Numbered from the stretch's first letter, positions 1 to 8,081 are shown. The stretch is DNA of 64,000 nucleotides from Flavobacteriales bacterium (GCA_041749915.1 JBGTAJ010000110.1:3116-67115), one strand, 5' to 3'. Made by a program: numbers and translations. Notes: a model not told the origin generated them from the letters alone.

Positions 1-1058
1 CCCAGGCCTACCATGCCGGCCTGGACCATGCCACCCGCGACCGCATCCAGCAGTCCTGGACCTCCAACGAACTGCGTTGTGTGGTCGCGACGAACGCCTT
101 TGGCATGGGGATAGACAAGGCCGATGTACGCAGCGTGGTGCACATGGAACTGCCACCGGACCTGGAGAGCTACTATCAGGAAGCTGGGCGCGCGGGTAGG
201 GACGGTAGGACCTCCCATGCCTTCCTGCTGACCGCACCCGGCGATGACGAGCGCGCCCTGGAAAAGGTGATCGCCTCCTTTCCACCCTTGGCCCATGTGC
301 GCACAGTATACCAGGCCTTTGCCGATGAACACGGCATTGCCCTGGGTTCCGGGTTCATGGAAAGCTACCCGCTCCAGATCTCGACGCTTGCACAGCGCAC
401 CGCCCTTGCACCCAGTGTGGTGGCAAACGCCATGAAGGTACTGGAGCTTGATGGGCGCATCGCACTTTCCGATGGTGTTCATTCCCCTTCGCGCGTGTTC
501 ATTACCGCCCATGCGAAGGTGGTCTATGACACCCGCGTCCGTGACGCGCGCGACGGCCCACTGCTGGAAACCCTTCTCCGACTGCACGGCGGGCTCTTTG
601 AGGAGGCATCCATCATTGATGAAACCCGAATGGCCCGTGTGATGGGCATTACGACCGCGAAGGTCATCGCTGGACTGGAACGTCTGAACAAACTCGGCAT
701 CATCGCCTACCGGCAGCGGAACGACCTTCCGTCATTGACCTTGCTTCAGCCCCGCGCGGATGCCCAGCGCCTGCAGTTGGACCCGGCCTCGCTCAAACTG
801 CGACAGGAGCGTGCCCAGTTGCGCTGTGATGCCATGCTCCGGTTCGTTCATGGAAGCGAATGCCGATCGCGGATGCTCCTCGCGTATTTCGGTGAAGGCC
901 TGGAAAAGGATTGCGGACAGTGTGACAACTGCCGATCGACGAACATCCGCAACTATGGTCAGGGTGTCCCGCTCTCCGCTCCGACCGGGCCGACCCATGT
1001 GCTTGAACCTGATGTCGAAGCCTTGCGCTGGAAACTCGATGAAGAGGGCGCGCTCTGA
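1..1058 (+). CDS. recQ: ATP-dependent DNA helicase RecQ, C-terminal part (5' end outside window)
   Basis: The frame is open from the window edge (QAYHAGLDHATRDRIQQSW...). It has helicase motifs VATNAFGMGIDKADVRSVVH and YYQEAGRAGRDG, plus a Cys cluster CGQCDNC in the RQC/Zn region. Stop at 1056-1058. Confidence 0.9.
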   Translation, partial: QAYHAGLDHATRDRIQQSWTSNELRCVVATNAFGMGIDKADVRSVVHMELPPDLESYYQEAGRAGRDGRTSHAFLLTAPGDDERALEKVIASFPPLAHVRTVYQAFADEHGIALGSGFMESYPLQISTLAQRTALAPSVVANAMKVLELDGRIALSDGVHSPSRVFITAHAKVVYDTRVRDARDGPLLETLLRLHGGLFEEASIIDETRMARVMGITTAKVIAGLERLNKLGIIAYRQRNDLPSLTLLQPRADAQRLQLDPASLKLRQERAQLRCDAMLRFVHGSECRSRMLLAYFGEGLEKDCGQCDNCRSTNIRNYGQGVPLSAPTGPTHVLEPDVEALRWKLDEEGAL

Positions 1059-1151
1059 GCCTTCAGTCGACGCGATGGGCACGGACCTGCGGGAGATCGC
1101 CGAACTTTCACGGCGCGAACAAGCAGCCGCTACGCTCCTCAGTTGTAGTTC

Positions 1152-2129
1152 ATGAACAGCATGACCAAGATCCATCCCGAGCAACGCATCATATTCCTGG
1201 GAACACCTGAGTTCGCAGTGGGCACCTTGAACGCACTGGTCTCGGCAGGGATGAACGTGGTGGCCGTGGTCACTGCGCCGGATCGTCCGGCCGGGCGGGG
1301 ATTGACCATGCGCATGTCCGCTGTAAAACTGCGTGCACTGGAGCTCGGTCTTCCGGTGCTGCAACCGGAACGCTTGAAGGCCCCTGAGTTCCTTGCTGAA
1401 CTGGCGGCGTTCGATGCGACCGTACAGGTGGTGGTGGCCTTCCGCATGCTGCCAGAAGCGGTGTGGGACCGACCGGCACTCGGAACCATCAACCTGCATG
1501 CATCCTTATTGCCGCAGTACCGCGGCGCCGCACCGATCAACTGGGCCATCATCAATGGCGAAAGCGTTTCCGGCGTAACCACCTTCCGCATCCAGCAGGT
1601 CATCGATACCGGAGACCTCCTCCTACAGGAACGCATGGCCATCGGTCCGGATGAAACGGCGGGTGAACTGCATGATCGGATGATGACCGTCGGCGCCACA
1701 CTCATGGTCCGCACCCTGACCGGTCTCTTTGAAGGAACACTGACGGCGCATCCCCAGGAGAGCAACGGTGAACTGCGAGAGGCACCTAAGTTGACGTCCT
1801 TGACAGGTATGATGGACCCCGATACGTCGGCGCGAAGGTTGCATGACCTGGTGCGTGGGCTCAGTCCTTATCCGGCCGCGTGGTGCATGTGGCAACAAGC
1901 CGGAAAACCGCCGATCAAGATGAAGGTCTTCCGGACCCGACATACAGAGGAAGCTTCCGGCGGTGTGACCGGCGCGATCCGCATCGTTGGCGACCGATTG
2001 CTGCTCGCCTGCTCCGATCATTGGCTGGAGTTGCTGGACGTGCAACCCGAAGGACGCAAGCGCATGCTGGCCGCCGACCTCATCCGCGGTCTGCAGCAAC
2101 GGGATGGCATACGGGTGGTCGTGGAGTGA
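1152..2129 (+). CDS. fmt: methionyl-tRNA formyltransferase
   Basis: IIFLGTPEFAV..., VVTAPDRPAGRG, and INLHASLLPQYRGAAPINWAIINGE are the classic Fmt N-terminal formyltransferase signature, followed by the C-terminal domain. Confidence 0.92.
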   Translation: MNSMTKIHPEQRIIFLGTPEFAVGTLNALVSAGMNVVAVVTAPDRPAGRGLTMRMSAVKLRALELGLPVLQPERLKAPEFLAELAAFDATVQVVVAFRMLPEAVWDRPALGTINLHASLLPQYRGAAPINWAIINGESVSGVTTFRIQQVIDTGDLLLQERMAIGPDETAGELHDRMMTVGATLMVRTLTGLFEGTLTAHPQESNGELREAPKLTSLTGMMDPDTSARRLHDLVRGLSPYPAAWCMWQQAGKPPIKMKVFRTRHTEEASGGVTGAIRIVGDRLLLACSDHWLELLDVQPEGRKRMLAADLIRGLQQRDGIRVVVE

Positions 2130-2278
2130 CCCGTGAGGCTCGCCAGAGCTGTTGGGCCAACGCCTACAGATGCACTTTGACGCATCTTCGGAAACCCTTG
2201 ATGGGGGCGGGATACAGCCGCACTTATCAACAAAGCACCAGATTTTTCAACATTCTCCGTGCATCCCGCCGGAAACCC

Positions 2279-2308
2279 TTGACAGACGCGGAAACGCAGA
2301 TACATTTG
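2279..2308 (+). promoter_or_regulatory. Bacteroidetes sigma-A type promoter for HU (-33 TTG, 19-nt spacer, -7 TACATTTG)
   Basis: TTG at 2279-2281 and TACATTTG at 2301-2308 match the TTG-N19-TAnnTTTG consensus, 45 nt upstream of the HU ATG. Confidence 0.5.
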
Positions 2309-2352
2309 CCCGTGAGTTCAACAAACACAAACCAACTCAAACACTTACAACC

Positions 2353-2631
2353 ATGGGCTTGAACAAGGCTGAACTGATCGAGGCGATCGCCGCTGATGCG
2401 AAGATCTCCAAGGCTGATGCGAAGCGTGCACTGGACGCTTTCGTGACCAGCACCACCAAGGCACTGAAGAAAGGCGAGCGCGTTGCCCTCGTCGGCTTCG
2501 GCACCTTCTCCATCACCAAGCGTGCTGCCCGCAAAGGCCGTAACCCACAGACCGGCAAAGAGATCAAGATCGCTGCCAAGAAGGTCGTGAAGTTCAAGGC
2601 TGGCGCCGACCTGCAGAGCAAGGTGAAGTGA
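2353..2631 (+). CDS. hup: HU family DNA-binding protein
   Basis: [30 protein letters not shown]...[40 protein letters not shown] is a full-length HU/IHF fold signature of 92 aa. The upstream part of ORF 2152.. is rejected. Confidence 0.93.
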   Translation: MGLNKAELIEAIAADAKISKADAKRALDAFVTSTTKALKKGERVALVGFGTFSITKRAARKGRNPQTGKEIKIAAKKVVKFKAGADLQSKVK

Positions 2632-2649
2632 TCCTTCCCGCAACTGCTG

Positions 2650-2684
2650 AAAAGTCCCCTGCAACCGCAGGGGACTTTTTCTTT
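2650..2684 (+). terminator. intrinsic terminator after HU
   Basis: AAAAGTCCCCTGC-aacc-GCAGGGGACTTTT forms a 13-bp stem followed by a T-run. It starts 19 nt after the stop. Confidence 0.75.
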
Positions 2685-2709
2685 GTCCCCCTGCCATCGA
2701 CCACACACC

Positions 2710-3384
2710 ATGACCGACGAACGACTGTACGAACAGCTCAGCGAGTTCATCTCCGATAACAAGCGCGCACTCTTCGACCGCCTTGCCCCCCTGCGCACAC
2801 GACACATCACCGTGGTGTTGGAGGACATTTACCAGGCGCACAACGCGAGTGCCGTGGTTCGGACGGCCGACCTGCTCGGCATACAGGACATGCACATCAT
2901 CGAGAACCGGAACAAGTACACGGTCAATCCCGACGTCACCCTGGGGTCATCAAAATGGGTGAACATGCACCGGCACCGTGAGGGCGATGACAACACCCTG
3001 AGATGCATGCAGCAGCTCAAACAACAGGGATACCAGATCGTGGTGACCTCACCGCGCGCAGCGGATGTGACGCCCGGCAATATCGACCTCGAACGCCCCA
3101 TGGCCTTCTGCTTCGGAACGGAACTCACCGGGGCGAGCGACGTCCTCATGGAACACGCAGATATGCATCTGCGCATACCGATGTACGGATTCACGGAGAG
3201 CTACAACATCTCGGTATCGGCAGCGATCGTGCTGTACACCGTGATGGAACGTCTGCGCGCGAGCGCGGTGCAATGGCAGTTGTCGGACGACGATCGCAAC
3301 GCATTGAAGTTGGAGTGGGCGCGCAAGGTGGTGCACAGTGCAGCGCATCTTGAGGCACGCTTCCGCGCCAATGATCGTTCGTAA
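2710..3384 (+). CDS. trmH: SpoU/TrmH family RNA 2'-O-methyltransferase (tRNA G18 type)
   Basis: ITVVLEDIYQAHNASAVVRTADLLGIQDMHII, FGTELTGASD and IPMYGFTESYNISVSAAIVLY are SpoU motifs 1-3. The start is taken at MTDERL. Confidence 0.8.
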   Translation: MTDERLYEQLSEFISDNKRALFDRLAPLRTRHITVVLEDIYQAHNASAVVRTADLLGIQDMHIIENRNKYTVNPDVTLGSSKWVNMHRHREGDDNTLRCMQQLKQQGYQIVVTSPRAADVTPGNIDLERPMAFCFGTELTGASDVLMEHADMHLRIPMYGFTESYNISVSAAIVLYTVMERLRASAVQWQLSDDDRNALKLEWARKVVHSAAHLEARFRANDRS

Positions 3385-3672
3385 TGAACACGTCGCGTCA
3401 TGTGATCAACAGCTTGTGCGCATGGCATGCAACACTCCGCTGAGATCACTCTGCATGATCGTCGACACATCACATCGTCAACTCGCGCGACACTCTGCAC
3501 ACCTCGCGCAGCAAGGCTTTCAGAGCATCGCTACATCACTGCATCAACACTTCATGCGTTGCACATCACACGTGATGTGTTGGTGAAGCATGAGGAGAAT
3601 GTGCCATGGTTATTGACACGGACCGGTTGACAATTGAAACATGCGCAACGTCGTCCGCGTATCACCACCCAG

Positions 3673-3680
3673 ATACTTTT
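3673..3680 (+). promoter_or_regulatory. candidate -7 box TACTTTTG for the Thx-like gene
   Basis: Exact TAnnTTTG lies 26 nt upstream of the ATG at 3706. No clear -33 TTG is present at the expected spacing. Confidence 0.4.
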
Positions 3681-3705
3681 GACCAAACCCTTAACACTCC
3701 AGACA

Positions 3706-3990
3706 ATGGGAAAAGGTGATATGAAAACGAAGAAAGGAAAGCGTACTGCAGGTAGCACTGGTAAAGCCCGTCCGGCAAAGCGCGTAGCCGCTGCCAAGAA
3801 GGCGACCGCCAAGAAAGCTGCGCCGAAGAAGGCTGCCGCCAAGAAGGCTGCTCCCAAAAAGGCTACGGCTAAGAAGGCTGCCCCCAAGAAGGCTGCTGCC
3901 AAGAAGGCCGCACCGAAGAAGGCTGCTGCTCCGAAGAAGGCCACTGCAAAGAAGGCCGCTCCGAAGAAAGCCGCTGCCAAGAAGAAGTAA
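3706..3990 (+). CDS. Thx-like ribosomal protein N-terminus fused to a histone H1-like (A/P)KKA repeat tail
   Basis: MGKGDMKTKKGKRTAGSTGKARPAKR parallels Thermus Thx [25 protein letters not shown], recalled from memory. It is followed by about 13 pentapeptide A-x-A-K-K repeats. Confidence 0.7.
   Translation: MGKGDMKTKKGKRTAGSTGKARPAKRVAAAKKATAKKAAPKKAAAKKAAPKKATAKKAAPKKAAAKKAAPKKAAAPKKATAKKAAPKKAAAKKK
3781..3987 (+). repeat. 15-nt periodic coding repeat (gcc aag aag gct gcN ...)
   Basis: A visible 15-nt periodicity encodes AAKKA/APKKA units inside the CDS above. Confidence 0.8.
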
Positions 3991-4012
3991 GGATCCGATC
4001 CCTACAGAAGCA

Positions 4013-4039
4013 AAGACCCCCCGGTTTCCGGGGGGTCTT
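4013..4039. terminator. bidirectional terminator hairpin between the Thx-like gene and pdxH
   Basis: AAGACCCCCCGG-ttt-CCGGGGGGTCTT forms a 12-bp stem flanked by A-rich and T-rich runs. It sits between convergent stops at 3990 and 4064. Confidence 0.65.
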
Positions 4040-4063
4040 CTGCATTCAGGACCTTTGGTCAGA

Positions 4064-4708
4064 TCATGGTTGAAGCCGCATGCGCAACCATGTCCCGTCG
4101 TTCATGTGTTCAAAGACCAGCCGATCATGAAGACGACTGGCACGCCCCTGCCAAAATTCAATGCGCACCGGACGTACACGGTAGCCCCCCCAATGCAAGG
4201 GCCGCGGCACCACTCCATCAGCGAAGCGTTCCTTCCATCGTTCGAATCGCTGTTCCAACTGTTCCCTGTTCTCCACAACACGACTTTGGTCGCTGCTCCA
4301 TGCACCGATGCGACTCTCCAGTGGCCGTGATGCGAAGTAGGCATCGGACTCGGCGTCGCTCACCATTTCCACTCGTCCTTCCACGCGTACCTGGCGTTCC
4401 AATCCTGGCCAGAAGAAGACCAGCGCCGCGCGTGGATCCCGCTCGATGTCCATCGCCTTCCGGCTATTGTGGTTCGAGTAGAACACGAAGCCATTGATGT
4501 CGAACGAACGCAGCAATACGATGCGTGAACTGATGGTGTATGCTCCCAAGGTGGAGAGATTCATGGCGTGCGGTTCGGGCAGTCCGGCATGTTCCGCATC
4601 CTCCAACCAAGCGCCGAACAGGGCGATGGGATCATCTCCCGCCTGGCTCTCTGTCAACTCTCCCTGTGTGTATTCCTTTCGATGATGTACGTGGCGTGGA
4701 TCGCTCAT
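4064..4708 (-). CDS. pdxH: pyridoxamine 5'-phosphate oxidase
   Basis: RIVLLRSFDINGFVFYSNHNSRKA, ALVFFWPGLERQVRVEG and the C-terminal IEFWQGRASRLHDR are PdxH signatures. Confidence 0.92.
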   Translation of the reverse strand: MSDPRHVHHRKEYTQGELTESQAGDDPIALFGAWLEDAEHAGLPEPHAMNLSTLGAYTISSRIVLLRSFDINGFVFYSNHNSRKAMDIERDPRAALVFFWPGLERQVRVEGRVEMVSDAESDAYFASRPLESRIGAWSSDQSRVVENREQLEQRFERWKERFADGVVPRPLHWGGYRVRPVRIEFWQGRASRLHDRLVFEHMNDGTWLRMRLQP

Positions 4709-4817
4709 GGAACCTCTGGTCTTTGAGCAACGAAGTTATCCCATCACACATCATCACATGCCGCACATTTGAGCGATCTTGCACCGTGGCAACGGTGTTC
4801 CACTGTGCGTATGTACC

Positions 4818-5405
4818 ATGAGCGGCAATATCCTTGATCTCGATCCGGACAACAAGCTGGCACCTGCAGCCGGTCGACTGCTCGTGAGCGGTCCGTACCT
4901 ACCCGACCCGTACTTCCGCCGAACAGTGGTGCTGCTGTGTGAACACAATGAAGAGGGGTCCTTCGGTTTCGTGCTCAACAGGCACATGGAACTGGATGTG
5001 AACGACCTGATGGAGAACATGCCTCCCGTGGCCTCGCGTGTGAGCATCGGTGGACCTGTACAAAGCGGTGAGCTCTACTACCTCCATACGCTTGGCCCTC
5101 ATGTTCCGGGCAGCAAGGAAGTGGTCGACGGAGTATTCATGGGCGGTGACTATGATCAGCTGCGGTCCATCCTGAGCACCGATCCGAAACTGGCGAAACA
5201 TGTGCGCTTCTTCGTAGGCTACTCAGGATGGGAGCTGGGTCAGTTGGAGAAGGAACTTGAGCAGCGCTCCTGGCTGATCACCCATGCGGACAAGCGCCGC
5301 ATCATGAACACGAAGATCGACGACCTGTGGGCCGACACGCTGCGCGGCATGGGCAAGGCGTATGCCCCACTCGCCAACTTCCCGGAGGACCCGGCGCTCA
5401 ACTGA
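4818..5405 (+). CDS. YqgE/AlgH family protein (UPF0301)
   Basis: GRLLVSGPYLPDPYFRRTVVLLCEHNEEGSFGFVLNR...GGPV...FFVGYSGWELGQLEKEL is the typical AlgH family pattern. The start is at MSGNIL. Confidence 0.85.
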   Translation: MSGNILDLDPDNKLAPAAGRLLVSGPYLPDPYFRRTVVLLCEHNEEGSFGFVLNRHMELDVNDLMENMPPVASRVSIGGPVQSGELYYLHTLGPHVPGSKEVVDGVFMGGDYDQLRSILSTDPKLAKHVRFFVGYSGWELGQLEKELEQRSWLITHADKRRIMNTKIDDLWADTLRGMGKAYAPLANFPEDPALN

Positions 5406-6240
5406 GCGTGGCGGCCACCAGGAGATCCATGAGCATGGAGGACTGCCGATGTGTGTAGCGCTTGGTGCGATACGTCCCCACCCATTGGATGCCGCGCACC
5501 GCATTGGTGAAGAACAGTTCATCGGCGGCCAGCAGGTTCTGCGGATTCAACGAGCACTCGTAGACCTTCACTCCGTTCGCCAAGGCAAGGTTGATGATCT
5601 GCGCACGCATCACCCCGCCAAGACAACCATCGGAGAGTGATGGTGTATAGAGCACCCCGTTGCTGACGATGAACAGATTGCCACTGCTGCTCTCGATGAT
5701 GTTGCCCCGTTCGTTCTGCAAGAGGGCATCATCCAGTCCGCGTTCCTGACCCCACAATGCCGCCATGATGTAATACTGGCAATTGAGCGTTTTGTGTCGG
5801 GAGAGCTCATTGATCGGTTTGCGCATCTCGGGCCAGAGATCCACCATCAGGCCCTGGTCATTGAGCGTATGATGCGGCTCGTCCAATGGAGCGAGTTCGA
5901 TGGTGTAGCTTCCTGCATTGGTCTTCGGACGATACTGCCCTCCACCGGAACGGTAGAGTGTGAATCGACAGCGACCGTTCCGGATACCGGTCCGTTCGAC
6001 AAGTTCAAGGATCAGCCGCTCGAAGCCGACCCGGTCCACCGAGGATGGAAGCGCGATGCGCAAGAGCGCAGCCCCGGTGGTCAAACGTGCCCAATGCGGA
6101 TCCACGAAGCAGGGCCGACCGTTGACGATGCGAAGGCTTTCGAAAAGGCCGTCGCCAAAATGGAAGGCCCGATTGTCCAGACCGATCACAGGGCCTTCTG
6201 CAGGGACCAATGTCCCGTTGATGTTCACAAGCATGCTCAT
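5398..6240 (-). CDS. class IV aminotransferase (BCAT / aminodeoxychorismate lyase-like)
   Basis: DNRAFHFGDGLFESLRIVNG and later GNIIESSSGNLFIV...TPSLSDGCLGGVMR give a fold-type IV PLP enzyme pattern. The ATGA start overlaps the gmhB stop. Confidence 0.8.
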   Translation of the reverse strand: MSMLVNINGTLVPAEGPVIGLDNRAFHFGDGLFESLRIVNGRPCFVDPHWARLTTGAALLRIALPSSVDRVGFERLILELVERTGIRNGRCRFTLYRSGGGQYRPKTNAGSYTIELAPLDEPHHTLNDQGLMVDLWPEMRKPINELSRHKTLNCQYYIMAALWGQERGLDDALLQNERGNIIESSSGNLFIVSNGVLYTPSLSDGCLGGVMRAQIINLALANGVKVYECSLNPQNLLAADELFFTNAVRGIQWVGTYRTKRYTHRQSSMLMDLLVAATLS

Positions 6241-6737
6241 GGAACTTGAAGTAGATCTTTCACCACAGGAAGGATGGAGCTGTTGGGCTCGATCCGCACT
6301 CCCTTCACCCCCACCGACCCGGCAGCATCCGTATCCCGCTCGCGATCACCGATCATCAGGGAACCTTCAGGTCGTATCCCATACCGCGCGATGGCCTTCT
6401 CCAACAACAGACCACCAGGCTTCCGGCACAGGCATCGTCCCTTGTTGGGATGATGCGGACAGTAATAGACCGCGGTCAATTGTACTCCGGCGTTGCCCAG
6501 CATGTCGTGAAGGTAGCCATGGAGCTGCGCCACTTCGGCGTGACCATAGAGCCCCAGGCCGATCCCGCTCTGGTTGGTGATCACCACCAGGAGGTAACCT
6601 GCATCCTGCGCCAGGCGCAACGCTGCCGGCACTTCGGGCAGTACCTCAAAATCCGGTAAGCGCCAGGTGTGTTCACCGCGCTCACGGTTCAACACACCAT
6701 CGCGGTCCAGGAACAGGGCCATCCGGTCATTCCTCAT
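6237..6737 (-). CDS. gmhB: D,D-heptose 1,7-bisphosphate phosphatase-like HAD-IIIA hydrolase
   Basis: ALFLDRDGVLN is the DxDGT/V motif. VVITNQSGI, CPHHPNKGRCLCRKP (Zn-binding loop) and MIGDRERD are also present. The start is chosen at the ATG that overlaps the rhomboid stop (ATGA). Alternatives are 6746 and 6722. Confidence 0.8.
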   Translation of the reverse strand: MRNDRMALFLDRDGVLNRERGEHTWRLPDFEVLPEVPAALRLAQDAGYLLVVITNQSGIGLGLYGHAEVAQLHGYLHDMLGNAGVQLTAVYYCPHHPNKGRCLCRKPGGLLLEKAIARYGIRPEGSLMIGDRERDTDAAGSVGVKGVRIEPNSSILPVVKDLLQVP

Positions 6738-7381
6738 GGTGTCCAATAGCGTTCAAAACTCCCGAACTCGAAAAGGGCGCGTGGTTCCAGAACTGCGGTG
6801 AACGCAATGCCGAACAAGGCACCATGGAGGTGCGCATCATGGGCCACATTGTCCCCTCCCCGCCGATCCATGTACCACGAATAGAACAGATACAGACCGC
6901 CGAAGACGAAGGATGGCACATCAAACGGAATGAAGAGGAAGCGCACGGGCGCTGTCGGCATCAACAGGATCTGCGCGAAGAGCACCGCCGACACGGCGCC
7001 ACTGGCACCCACTGCCCGGTAGCCGGGAGCAGCACCATGCTTGACAAATGCCGGAACGGAGGAGATCACGGCACCACCGAGGTACAGCAACAGGAACACG
7101 GCACCGGACAACTGGCCGAGCACCAGGCCATAGAGCAGCTCCACGTTGCGCCCGAACATGTACAGGACGAACATGTTCACGACCAGGTGCGGCATATCCG
7201 TATGCACCAAGGCATGGCTCAGAAAACGGAACCACTGACCATGCCGCACCAGGTAGGGATCGAAGAGCAATCGTGCGAACAGTCGCTCATCCTTGAACGC
7301 GGCCAAGGACACCAGGCACGTGATGACGATCAGGAGTATGGTCAAGGGATGGGCCAATCCGCAGATATCCGAAGCGCCCAA
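6734..7381 (-). CDS. rhomboid family intramembrane serine protease
   Basis: The ORF has FLSHALVHTDMPHLVVNMFVLYMFG, GASGAVSAVLF (catalytic GxSG) and HLHGALFGIAF (catalytic His). There is no in-frame ATG downstream of the preceding gene. A TTG at 7381 is proposed and the start is uncertain. Confidence 0.7.
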   Translation of the reverse strand: MGASDICGLAHPLTILLIVITCLVSLAAFKDERLFARLLFDPYLVRHGQWFRFLSHALVHTDMPHLVVNMFVLYMFGRNVELLYGLVLGQLSGAVFLLLYLGGAVISSVPAFVKHGAAPGYRAVGASGAVSAVLFAQILLMPTAPVRFLFIPFDVPSFVFGGLYLFYSWYMDRRGGDNVAHDAHLHGALFGIAFTAVLEPRALFEFGSFERYWTP

Positions 7382-7394
7382 GATATCCCGCCCT

Positions 7395-7817
7395 TCAATA
7401 GGTATGGTCGCGTGTGATCCGCCAGCCTTGTGTTTCCAAGGTCCAGAGCAGGGAGAACCCGCCGCCCAGGGTATCGGCCGTCCGGTACAGTTTCCACTCC
7501 CCGGTACACCAGGCATGGTCCGGGCCGGCCGGGATCACTTCATGGATCACGAAGTTCAGGTCTCCCATGGCCGCCTGATCCGGGTAGTTCCTGGCGTAGG
7601 AGGCCTGCACCTCGCTCTTGCCGCAACGGGTGCCGCGCGAACTGATGAAACAGATGGTATCCGAGTAGGCCTCCATGAAACCTGGGATATCCCCGCCGTC
7701 CCAAGCCCGTTCCTGTGCGGCCATGGCCACCCGGATGTCACTCAAGTCAGTTGCGCCCCCCTGTGGACCGCCGCAAGACTGGAGGAACATGATGGCACCT
7801 ATGGACCACCCCGACAT
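7395..7817 (-). CDS. DUF4440/SnoaL-like (NTF2 fold) lipoprotein
   Basis: MSGWSIGAIMFLQSC gives a signal peptide plus lipobox, followed by an NTF2-like pattern W..GD...F...Y. The longer ORF start (7907) would overlap the tRNA and is rejected. Confidence 0.6.
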   Translation of the reverse strand: MSGWSIGAIMFLQSCGGPQGGATDLSDIRVAMAAQERAWDGGDIPGFMEAYSDTICFISSRGTRCGKSEVQASYARNYPDQAAMGDLNFVIHEVIPAGPDHAWCTGEWKLYRTADTLGGGFSLLWTLETQGWRITRDHTY

Positions 7818-7858
7818 CACCCCAAACGAAAGGCCACCCTCCTGATGGAAGATGGCCT

Positions 7859-7935
7859 TGGTAGCGCGGGGGAGACTTGAACTCCCGACCTCAGGATTAT
7901 GAATCATGCGCTCTAACCAGCTGAGCTACCGCGCC
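7859..7935 (-). tRNA. tRNA with CAU anticodon (elongator Met, or Ile2 if lysidine-modified), CCA encoded
   Basis: The hand-folded sequence is GGCGCGG-TA-GCTC-AGCTGGTTA-GAGC-G-CATGA-TTCATAA-TCCTG-AGGTC-GGGAG-TTCAAGT-CTCCC-CCGCGCT-A-CCA. It gives a 77-nt cloverleaf with one U-C mismatch in the anticodon stem. Confidence 0.9.
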
Positions 7936-7960
7936 TTGTCTATCCGCTGGCTCTTCCAAC

Positions 7961-7975
7961 GGGGCCGCAAATATA
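7961..7975 (-). promoter_or_regulatory. tRNA promoter: -7 box TATATTTG plus GC discriminator CGGCCCC
   Basis: The minus strand reads TATATTTGCGGCCCC, 25 nt upstream of the tRNA 5' end. The identical 15-mer recurs upstream of tRNA-Leu (58711-58725). Confidence 0.55.
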
Positions 7976-8081
7976 ATGATCCGTTACGCACCACGTATCG
8001 CCGGCAGAGTACCATTTGGACTTGCCCAGGGGGTTGAACGTGCTACCTTAGGCCCAATTCGACCTCAGCAATTATCGCCCC

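Noticed and set aside
3385-3705. Possible RNase P RNA, tmRNA, SRP RNA or 6S RNA in the large spacers (also 20836-21083, 49687-49892, 56763-56979)
   Set aside because: None of the universally conserved blocks I remember are present. These blocks are the RNase P GAGGAAAGUCC / ACAGAAnAUAC, the tmRNA GGGGCUGAUUCUGGAUUCGAC and tRNA-like 3' end, and the SRP GGAAGCAGCC tetraloop region.
7818-7907. ORF start at 7907 for the DUF4440-like gene
   Set aside because: It would run through the tRNA(CAU) gene on the same strand. The internal start at 7817 gives a proper lipoprotein signal.
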